Shown piece by piece: positions 1-7,105 of a DNA stretch of 24,000 nt. The notes beneath the pieces were generated by a model. That model was given only the letters and a program-made list of their open reading frames with translations, was not told the DNA's origin and did no database searches. The stretch covers positions 318,190-342,189 of the forward strand of contig JBKYCW010000002.1 of the NCBI GenBank assembly GCA_047025555.1, written 5' to 3'. A program made the translations under genes and the position numbers. The DNA is from Collinsella sp. Lineage in GTDB: Bacteria; Actinomycetota; Coriobacteriia; Coriobacteriales; Coriobacteriaceae. Numbering within the stretch: position 1 is the first letter of the stretch; the number at the start of each line of letters is the position of its first letter.

Positions 1-1
1 A

Positions 2-364
2 GCCTTTGGAGCAGAACTGCTGATAGCCAGCTCGGACCAGCCCATCGTCAAATGGGAAGCGACCGATGAGTGCACCGACGGAACTCGAACCATTTACTAC
101 AACAGCCCGTCCCTCTACCAAGAGTTCAAGGTCAAGATAAAGGACTCCAAGATTGTCGATGCCGAACCGGGCTCTTTATTGACAATCGGAGCAACCATCA
201 ACGCCGAGCAAGTCGAGTGCACAGACGGCCATGCGACGTATCGTATCGACCTCAGCATCCTAGGCCGACCGTCACGTACCTGTCTGCTCGAATGCGATGT
301 ACACGGCACCACACTACACATGTCCGAAATACAGATGCGCCCGGGCAAAGAGATCTCTTCTTGA
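2..364 (+). CDS. 3' part of a hypothetical protein CDS; the 5' end lies outside the window
   Basis: Frame 2 is open from nt 2 to TGA at 362-364 (120 codons, no stop). The ORF track shows only the part after an internal TTG at 179. The translation (..SDQPIVKWEATDECTDGTRTIYYNSPSLYQEFKVKIKDSKIVDAEPG..) has a natural amino-acid composition. GC is visibly lower than in neighbouring genes. No family recognised. Confidence 0.5.
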   Translation, partial: AFGAELLIASSDQPIVKWEATDECTDGTRTIYYNSPSLYQEFKVKIKDSKIVDAEPGSLLTIGATINAEQVECTDGHATYRIDLSILGRPSRTCLLECDVHGTTLHMSEIQMRPGKEISS

Positions 365-385
365 GCAGCATACCCGCCCGCACGG

Positions 386-2851
386 TTACTCCACCGGTTT
401 GAAGATGGTGGACTGGCCGAAGACACTGCGGATGAGGGCTTTGGCCTCGTCCTCGGTCTGCGGAATGCTTGGGGCTGCGCCCTGGTGGCCGAAGGGACTG
501 CCGGCGCCGGGGTTGGACTCCCAAGGAGCTGCAGGAGCGTCCTCCTCTTTGGGGGCAGCTACAGCGGACTTGGGCGCGGGCGTCGCACCCGGCACGTCGA
601 ACGGAGGCAGATCGTCCCCGCTCGCATCGCCAGCGAAGCCGCCGACCATAGCGTCGTCGTAGGGCACCTGCTCGGATTCCCACGGCACGGACTGCGCGAC
701 AGGCTGAGCCTTGGGGGCAGCCGAGCGCTCGGGCGCACGGGGTGCGGGCTCGGTCGGGAGCTTACCCGTGGCAGGAGCGCCGGCGGGGTTGTCGGAGCGT
801 AGCCAGGGGGCTTTGCCCAGGTCAGACGACTTGGGAGCGGGCGAGGCGGGCTTGGGCGCGGGTGTCGGAGTAACCGGTTTGGGCGCCGCGGGCTTAGGCG
901 CCGACGGGGTCGATGCCGCTACCGGCGCCGCCTGCTGCTGCGGCGCGCTGGCGCTCGAGGATACAGGGGCCGCCGAGGACACGGGTTGCGGGTCCGCAGA
1001 TGCCGCAGCCCGTGCAGATGGAGAATGCTCCTCATGTTGAGGAGCCGGCGTGCCACCTCCATCCAGGACGTAGCCGACGGTGCGACGACCGAAGACCGCG
1101 CAGACCGTCGGCAGAACCACCGACTGCGTATCGGCGCGACCGAGCATCTTAATGGCAAAAGTCGAACCCGCGGGGAACGAGACCGTGAGTTTGGAGCCGT
1201 CGTCGGCCGTGGCGCGGGCGTTGAGCAAAAGCCCTGCGTAGGAAGCCTGACGCGCCTTGACACGCTCGACAACCTCGGCCCATTTGCGCTGCAGCTCTCC
1301 GGCGTCCTCGACCGCGGGGGTCTCGGCAGCACCGGCGGCGGCAACCTGGGCGGCGTTGTTGGGCTTGGACACCGACACGGTCGATGCAGCAGGCGCGGAA
1401 GCCGGAGCCGCAACGGGCTGAGGTGCAGGCGTTACAGGTCTGGGCGCCGGCGCAGGAGCCGCGGACTTGGTCGCAGGCTGGGCAGCCGGAACAGCAGCGC
1501 CGCGGTCCCAAGGCATACCGCCCTGGCGCGCGGACGTAGCAGCGGGGGCAGCGGATGCCGCCGGAGCGGCAGCACGGGCGCCCGAAATGAGCGTCGGCTG
1601 TTGGGCAGCAGCGGGTACGGATGCTGCAGGCGCGGCGGCCTGAGCAGCAGCCACGCTCGCCGGCACGGCGCCGTTGGCAACCATGGCCTCCAGACGCGCC
1701 ACGCGCTCGGCCAATGCCTCAATCGTTAAATCAGCCTCGGGACGTGCCAGACGCGTGCAGGCAATCTCGAGCACCAGGCGCACGTCACTCGCGCCCCTCA
1801 TCTCCAGTGCGGCATCGTCGAGCACTGTCAGCACACGGGCCAGGCGGTCGGCAGGATGCTCGCCAAAGGCAGCGGCCTCGGCAGCAAGCGCCTCGGCCTG
1901 CTCGGAGCCGCCCTCAAACAGCTCGGCACGGGCACCGGCAACGCAGGCAACGTACACGTCACGCACATGCGCCACCAGGTCGCGCGTCAGCTCCAGCAGG
2001 TCGTTTCCTTCCTCGACCTGCGCACGGATCAGTCCATAGAGCTCGGCAACATCGCGATCGGCAATGGCGCGGGAAAACTCGCCCAGAATCTGGTCCGAAA
2101 CCTCGCCTAAAAGCGAGCGGGCGTCGTCCGCATGCACAGAACCGTTGCCAAAGACGCTCAGCTGCTCCAGCGTGGACAACGCGTCGCGCATGCCGCCCTT
2201 GGCATGGCGCGCCACGATAGCCAGCGCCTCGTCGTCGTAATCGAAGCCCTCCTGCTCGCACACGTATGCCAGGCGATGCTCAATATCCTCGTTGCCGATG
2301 CGATGGAAATCGAAACGCTGGCAGCGCGAGAGGATGGTCTCCAGAATCTTTTGCGGGTCGGTGGTGCACAGCACAAAGATCACGTGCGCCGGCGGCTCCT
2401 CAAGCGTCTTGAGCAGCGCGTTGAACGCCGCCGTCGTGAGCATGTGGACCTCGTCGATGATATAAATTTTGTACTTGCCACGCACCGGGGCAAAGTTGAC
2501 GGAGTTGATGATCTCCTCGCGCACGTTGTCCACGCCGGTACGGCTTGCGGCATCGAGCTCGTAGACATCCGGGTGGTTGCCCTCGGCGATGAGCTCGCAC
2601 TCCTCGCAAGTACCGTCGGGCATGCAGCCGCTTGCACCCTCGGCGCGCGCCGCCTCGGCATTGCGGCACAGCAGCGCCTTGGCCAGAATGCGCGCCATGG
2701 TGGTCTTGCCCGTGCCGCGCGGTCCGCAGAATAGGTACGCGTGGGACAGGCGCCCCTCGGTGATGGCGTGCTCGAGCGTCGAGACGATATGCTGCTGGCC
2801 CACCACGGAGTCGAAGGTGAGCGGGCGATACTTTCGGTACAACGATTCCAT
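386..2851 (-). CDS. dnaX: DNA polymerase III subunit gamma/tau (clamp loader), 821 aa, with a long Pro/Ala-rich C-terminal region
   Basis: From the Met at 2851: MESLYRKYRPLTFDSVVGQQHIV. Walker A is GPRGTGKTT, followed by a Cys-rich zinc module (CMPDGTCEEC), Walker B IYIIDEVHML and SRC (LSRCQRF). GGGGAG lies 6 nt upstream of this ATG (cat at 2849-2851). The 158 upstream codons of the track ORF look non-coding. Confidence 0.9.
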   Translation of the reverse strand: MESLYRKYRPLTFDSVVGQQHIVSTLEHAITEGRLSHAYLFCGPRGTGKTTMARILAKALLCRNAEAARAEGASGCMPDGTCEECELIAEGNHPDVYELDAASRTGVDNVREEIINSVNFAPVRGKYKIYIIDEVHMLTTAAFNALLKTLEEPPAHVIFVLCTTDPQKILETILSRCQRFDFHRIGNEDIEHRLAYVCEQEGFDYDDEALAIVARHAKGGMRDALSTLEQLSVFGNGSVHADDARSLLGEVSDQILGEFSRAIADRDVAELYGLIRAQVEEGNDLLELTRDLVAHVRDVYVACVAGARAELFEGGSEQAEALAAEAAAFGEHPADRLARVLTVLDDAALEMRGASDVRLVLEIACTRLARPEADLTIEALAERVARLEAMVANGAVPASVAAAQAAAPAASVPAAAQQPTLISGARAAAPAASAAPAATSARQGGMPWDRGAAVPAAQPATKSAAPAPAPRPVTPAPQPVAAPASAPAASTVSVSKPNNAAQVAAAGAAETPAVEDAGELQRKWAEVVERVKARQASYAGLLLNARATADDGSKLTVSFPAGSTFAIKMLGRADTQSVVLPTVCAVFGRRTVGYVLDGGGTPAPQHEEHSPSARAAASADPQPVSSAAPVSSSASAPQQQAAPVAASTPSAPKPAAPKPVTPTPAPKPASPAPKSSDLGKAPWLRSDNPAGAPATGKLPTEPAPRAPERSAAPKAQPVAQSVPWESEQVPYDDAMVGGFAGDASGDDLPPFDVPGATPAPKSAVAAPKEEDAPAAPWESNPGAGSPFGHQGAAPSIPQTEDEAKALIRSVFGQSTIFKPVE

Positions 2852-2916
2852 GGGTGCTCCCCCGGGTATACTGAGTCTTGTTGCCGCGGCGGCCATGCGG
2901 TCGCACGGCATACTGC

Positions 2917-2928
2917 ATTCTATAATAC
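2917..2928. promoter_or_regulatory. AT-rich -10-like element shared by the divergent dnaX and ycxB-like genes
   Basis: ATTCTATAATA reads TATAAT on the plus strand (2921-2926, 40 nt before ATG 2967). On the minus strand it reads TATTAT/TAGAAT, about 66 nt before the dnaX ATG. No convincing -35 on either strand. Confidence 0.3.
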
Positions 2929-2966
2929 CCGTACGGCGAGCCCGCCGCGATAGGAGTCCAAAGAGC

Positions 2967-3674
2967 ATGGCAGACGCAGAGAGCAACCTCGTCCCCTCCG
3001 AAGCAGCCGACCAGGTCGAGGTCGCGCTCGAGGAGCAGGCCGCAGCCGACGACGGCATCCTGTACCTCAACGAGTACCAGTACGAAAACGACCTGGTCAC
3101 CGACTTCGCCCGCCTGGTCGCCTCGCCCAGGCGTCGCGGCTCGCTGTATGTCGCCGCGGCAATTGCCGCGCTCATCGGCATCGGCATGCTGGTGGCCGGC
3201 GGCAACTGGATCAAGTTTGGCGTCGTCCTGATCGTGTTCGGCGCCTTTTTGGCCTGGTGGAGCAAAAACCTGCACCACACCCTCGCCCGCGACTTTATCG
3301 ACGCCGTTGAGGCCGACGAGTCCATGGGTGGCCGCTATCGCCGCGTCGCCGCCAACGAGGACGGCCTGATGGTTTGGGGCAAGAGCGGCAAGTCACAGTT
3401 CTTCCCGTTTGAAAAGCTCGACCACGTGCTCGACGGCGAGCGCATCTTTGTGGCCATGTTCGCCGACCAGGGCGTGACGATCCCTAAGGACACCTTTGTC
3501 CGCGGCGATGCCGAGCAGTTCGGTCCCTTCCTTAAGGCGCGCATCAACAAAAAACTCCGCATCGAGACCAAGAAGAAGAAAATGAAGGCCGAGAAGGCCG
3601 CCGCCGAGGCCAAGCAGGGCGACAAGCCCCAGGAGACCAAGCGCAAGCAGAAGAAGAACAAGAAGAAGCGCTAA
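2967..3674 (+). CDS. YcxB-like two-TM membrane protein with a Lys-rich C-terminal tail (235 aa)
   Basis: ATG at 2967 is preceded by AGGAG (2952-2956). Two adjacent hydrophobic helices (LYVAAAIAALIGIGMLVAGG / FGVVLIVFGAFLAWW) are followed by a YcxB-type domain (ERIFVAMFADQGVTIPKDTFVRGDAEQF). The tail is KKKKMKAEK..KRKQKKNKKKR. The track ORF start at 2577 overlaps dnaX antisense and is rejected. Confidence 0.7.
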   Translation: MADAESNLVPSEAADQVEVALEEQAAADDGILYLNEYQYENDLVTDFARLVASPRRRGSLYVAAAIAALIGIGMLVAGGNWIKFGVVLIVFGAFLAWWSKNLHHTLARDFIDAVEADESMGGRYRRVAANEDGLMVWGKSGKSQFFPFEKLDHVLDGERIFVAMFADQGVTIPKDTFVRGDAEQFGPFLKARINKKLRIETKKKKMKAEKAAAEAKQGDKPQETKRKQKKNKKKR

Positions 3675-3818
3675 GGCCAAGCCAGACAGGCAGCCTCGCA
3701 TCCCGCTATCCTCCCCATGCACCCGAGCGTGCTACACTAGCAGCATCTATGCCACCGCGAACGGCTCGGCCCCGCGCCCGCCGCTCGCAAACGAACTTTA
3801 AACGCACGAGGGTTGGCC

Positions 3819-5672
3819 ATGCCGCTTTTCTCGCAACATACCGCCCGGTTCTCGCCGGACGTTCCTTTGGAGGGCACCAGCTCTCGCGAGCTGCTCAAGC
3901 GGTACCAGCCGCTCGAGACACTTGCGACCGGCGGTTTTGGCTCCATCGAGATCTGCCGCGACACGCACCTGCGCCGCCGCGTCGCCATTAAGCGCATCCC
4001 CCTTATTAACGGTGTCGGCATGCCCGCCAGCGACATCATGGATGTCCTGCGCGAGGCGCACACTGCCGCCATGCTTCAACATCCCAACATCGTGCAGGTC
4101 ATCGACTTTACGCACGACACAGCCTATGCCTACCTGGTTATGGAATATGTCGATGGCATGTCGCTGGCCGAGTTTTTGCACCGCGTGGACGGTCACTCAC
4201 TTACCTTTGACGAGGCCGCGGCCATTGCCGATGCCCTAGGCCAGGCGCTCACCTTCGCCCATAGTAATGGCGTACTCCACCTGGACATTAAGCCCGCCAA
4301 CGTGCTCATCGACCACTCGGGCAATGTAAAGCTCACCGACTTTGGCATGGCGCGACTGTCGTCCGCCGGTGGCTTTGGCGGCTCGCGCGGCGGCACCATC
4401 GGCTACATGCCGCCCGAGCAGCTCGATATCGAGACCGGCACGGTCGATGAGCGCGCCGATGTCTTTGCCCTCGCCTGTGTAATCTATGAGGGCCTGTGCG
4501 GCAGCGCCCCCTTTATGGCGGCCACGCCCGCCGACTCGCTCGACCGCATCATCGGCGGCGCCACCTATCCCAGCGAGCTGATACCACACTTTCCCCCGGG
4601 AGCCGAGGCCGCGCTCATGAGCGCGCTCTCCCCCATGCCGCAGGACCGCCCCAGCAGCATCGAGGCATTTTGCGACCAGCTCCTTGCCGGTCTGGGCAGC
4701 GTGCGCGAGGGCCGTCGCAGCCTAGAGCAAATGGTTGGCGAACTTTCGGATGACGAGCAGGAGCTCGACGATATCGAGCCGTCGCACTACGAGGACGACG
4801 CCATCGAGGTCGACCCCGCACTTGGCTGGGCGGGCACGCGCTGGAGCCATGCGCGCGACTACACCATGCGCACTATCTCGGCGCTAACGTGCGGCACCTT
4901 TAGCTTTTTGCTGATGCAAACGGCCGGGGTCGCGGCGCTTCCCGGCCTGGTCATTGCGGCCATCGCGATCGGAGCGGCGGCTGGCCTGGCCCCCCAGATT
5001 GGCTCGGCCATCTCGGCTGTGGGCTTTTTGGTGCTCATGGCCAACGCCACCATGCAGGAACAGGGCATCCTGTCGATGCTGCCCGTCGCGGTGATCTTTG
5101 CCGCCGCCATGTCCGGTTGGTGGATCGCCTGGGGTCGCACCGAGACTGCCGCGAGCGCCACGCTCACCTGTGCACTCGCGCTTGGCTGTCTGACCGGCAA
5201 TACCTTCCTGGCAGCTGGGGTCGCCGCCGGCGTCGCGTCATTTTGGCTCGGCCCGGCAAGCGCCGCCGCGGCAACGGGCATGGGCGCGCTTTTTGCCCGT
5301 CTGGCCACGGTCGCGCTTTCAGCCGGAGGCGTGCTGGGGCTCGGTAACGTTGCCGCAGCGCTGGGAGACCCGCTCCTTTGGGCTGCCTTTGTGCTGGTAG
5401 CGGCAACTGCCGCGGCGTCATCTGCGCTGCTCAATGCCCATGCCAAGCGTGCCGATCAGGGCTCAAACCTTGCCGCAATCGCCGCCATCGCTGTCACCGG
5501 CATCGGCTGCGCAGCGGCGTCCTGTCTTGCACACCATATGGAAATTGCCAGCCTTGCAGCCGCGGTCGTCGCCAAGGCGGCGGTTGCGGGAACCCTATCC
5601 TCTATAATCGTTGGGATATGCCTATATTTGCTCGGATACCAAAGAACTTATACGGAGAGTGATCTTTCGTGA
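3819..5672 (+). CDS. Hanks-type Ser/Thr protein kinase with a polytopic Ala/Gly-rich C-terminal membrane domain (617 aa)
   Basis: Kinase motifs are G-loop TGGFGS, VAIK, catalytic loop HLDIKPANV (non-RD), DFG (DFGMA) and GTIGYMPPE. After an acidic linker come roughly 8-10 hydrophobic segments. GAGGG sits 7 nt before ATG 3819; TTG 3813 is the alternative start. The stop overlaps the next gene (GTGA at 5669-5672). Confidence 0.85.
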   Translation: MPLFSQHTARFSPDVPLEGTSSRELLKRYQPLETLATGGFGSIEICRDTHLRRRVAIKRIPLINGVGMPASDIMDVLREAHTAAMLQHPNIVQVIDFTHDTAYAYLVMEYVDGMSLAEFLHRVDGHSLTFDEAAAIADALGQALTFAHSNGVLHLDIKPANVLIDHSGNVKLTDFGMARLSSAGGFGGSRGGTIGYMPPEQLDIETGTVDERADVFALACVIYEGLCGSAPFMAATPADSLDRIIGGATYPSELIPHFPPGAEAALMSALSPMPQDRPSSIEAFCDQLLAGLGSVREGRRSLEQMVGELSDDEQELDDIEPSHYEDDAIEVDPALGWAGTRWSHARDYTMRTISALTCGTFSFLLMQTAGVAALPGLVIAAIAIGAAAGLAPQIGSAISAVGFLVLMANATMQEQGILSMLPVAVIFAAAMSGWWIAWGRTETAASATLTCALALGCLTGNTFLAAGVAAGVASFWLGPASAAAATGMGALFARLATVALSAGGVLGLGNVAAALGDPLLWAAFVLVAATAAASSALLNAHAKRADQGSNLAAIAAIAVTGIGCAAASCLAHHMEIASLAAAVVAKAAVAGTLSSIIVGICLYLLGYQRTYTESDLS

Positions 5673-6682
5673 ACTTCCTGAACATCTTCGAGGACCACGT
5701 GGCCGGCATCTTCGGTGCCACCCGTGCCCCGTTCTCCTTTAAGAAGCTTGCCAAGCAGGCCGCTCGCGACATGGAGGATCAGACTCTGGTGATCAACGGC
5801 GTCAACACGGCGCCGGCACTCTATACCATCCTGATCGCCGCCGACGACGATCCCATGCTCGCCCCGTTCTACCCCGAGCTTTCGCGCGAGGTCCGCGAGT
5901 TTGTGAAGGCGCAGGCCGAAAAGCGCCGCTATGTGTTTGTCGGCGAGCCCCTCGTGCGCTTTATGATCGATCCGCAGCTGCGCGCCGGCAAGTTCTCGGT
6001 CTTTGCCGAGAACGTCGATGCCCCCACGCTCGGCCGCCTGTACGAAGAAGAGCGCGCCTATCAGAACGGCCTGGGCCAGAACAACTCCGCGGCAAGCCGT
6101 GCCGCCAGCGCCCCGCGCGCCGGCCAGCAGCAGTTTGCTGCCCCGCAGCAGCAGCGCCCCGCCGCCATGCCCCAGCAGCAGCCGACGCCTCGCGCCGCCG
6201 CTCCCGACCCGCTTGCCGTGGCAGACCCCTTCGCGCCTAGCGTCCCCGACCCCGCCGCCGCACCCATCCCGGTGCCTCAGACCGTCTCGCGCGACGCGCT
6301 TGCCGGCATGGGCGGAGCCGCCGCGACCGGTGCCGCCGTGGGCCTAGGCGCCGCAGCCGGCATCGCCTCCAACATGGCGAGCACTCACGCCCCGCAGCGC
6401 CCGCTCGCCCAGCTCGTCGACGTCGTGAGCGGCGAGAGCCATAGCATCACCTCCGCACAGGTGACCATCGGTCGCGAGCGCTCAGTTTCCGACATTGCCC
6501 TGCGCGACCCCAACGTGTCGCGCCGCCACGCCCAGCTCACCTTTACGGGCTCGGATTGGTCGATCGAGGACCTCAATTCCACCAACGGCACGCTCGTCAA
6601 CAACCGCCGCATTACGCGCTGCCCGCTGCGCAACGGCGATCTGCTGACGTTTGGCCTGAGTACCTTTGAATTTAGGGGATAG
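5669..6682 (+). CDS. fhaA: FhaA-like protein: N-terminal DUF3662-type domain, Gln/Pro/Ala-rich linker, C-terminal FHA domain
   Basis: GTG start overlaps the kinase stop, with GGAGAG 9 nt upstream. The N-terminus is MNFLNIFEDHVAGIFG..FSFKKLAKQAARDMEDQ. The C-terminal FHA signature is VTIGRERSVSDIALRDPNVSRRHAQL..DLNSTNGTLVN. Position upstream of fhaB-pstP matches the actinobacterial operon. Confidence 0.85.
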   Translation: MNFLNIFEDHVAGIFGATRAPFSFKKLAKQAARDMEDQTLVINGVNTAPALYTILIAADDDPMLAPFYPELSREVREFVKAQAEKRRYVFVGEPLVRFMIDPQLRAGKFSVFAENVDAPTLGRLYEEERAYQNGLGQNNSAASRAASAPRAGQQQFAAPQQQRPAAMPQQQPTPRAAAPDPLAVADPFAPSVPDPAAAPIPVPQTVSRDALAGMGGAAATGAAVGLGAAAGIASNMASTHAPQRPLAQLVDVVSGESHSITSAQVTIGRERSVSDIALRDPNVSRRHAQLTFTGSDWSIEDLNSTNGTLVNNRRITRCPLRNGDLLTFGLSTFEFRG

Positions 6683-6688
6683 TCGCTT

Positions 6689-7105
6689 ATGAACATCGAT
6701 ATCGTCCTTTTTGCAGGCCGCATCGTCCTGGTCGCCCTGCTCTATATCTTCCTGTTCGCCGTCATGAAGACCGGCGTGGGACTTGTGCGCGGGCAGCGCC
6801 GCGACTCGGCTATCTGGACGATTGACGTGGACAAGGGTCCGCGCGGTATCCGCGGCATCCACGTAGACATGCTCGGCCCCGTCATCGTCGGTCGCTCGCC
6901 GTCTTCGGACATCTGCATCAACGAACCATTCGTCTCGGCCTCGCATGCGCGCTTTTCGCTGCAGGGCCCGGCGCTCATCATCGAGGACCTCAACTCGCTT
7001 AACGGCACGCTCGTCAACGGCCGCCAGCTGGTGGAGCCCGCGACGCTGCGCGAAGGCGACGAAGTCCAGATTGGCGACGTGGTCATGAAGGTGAACCGTC
7101 GATGA
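6689..7105 (+). CDS. fhaB: FhaB/FipA-like small membrane-anchored FHA-domain protein
   Basis: N-terminal TM (IVLFAGRIVLVALLYIFLFAV) plus FHA domain (VIVGRSPSSDICINEPFVSASHARF..DLNSLNGTLVNG). AGGGGA lies 9 nt upstream of the ATG. The stop overlaps the next start (ATGA at 7102-7105). Confidence 0.85.
   Translation: MNIDIVLFAGRIVLVALLYIFLFAVMKTGVGLVRGQRRDSAIWTIDVDKGPRGIRGIHVDMLGPVIVGRSPSSDICINEPFVSASHARFSLQGPALIIEDLNSLNGTLVNGRQLVEPATLREGDEVQIGDVVMKVNRR

Noticed and set aside
386-2851. Programmed -1 frameshift site in dnaX (gamma/tau, as in E. coli)
   Set aside because: Scanning by eye, I found no A AAA AAG-type slippery heptamer on the coding strand. The longest A run in frame is four.
2577-2966. 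Upstream extension of the plus-strand ORF 2577..3674
   Set aside because: It lies antisense inside dnaX and its sequence is not protein-like. ATG 2967 has an AGGAG SD and a TATAAT box upstream.
2852-2966. Possible SRP (4.5S/scRNA) gene, which often lies upstream of dnaX
   Set aside because: The 115-bp interval shows no conserved SRP domain IV-type sequence and no long helix. It is adequately explained as a divergent promoter region.
2852-3325. N-terminal 158-codon extension of the dnaX ORF given in the track (start at 3325)
   Set aside because: The extension translates to Ser/Ala/Arg-rich junk and overlaps the divergent YcxB-like gene. The canonical DnaX N-terminus (MESLYRKYRP) begins at 2851 with a strong SD.
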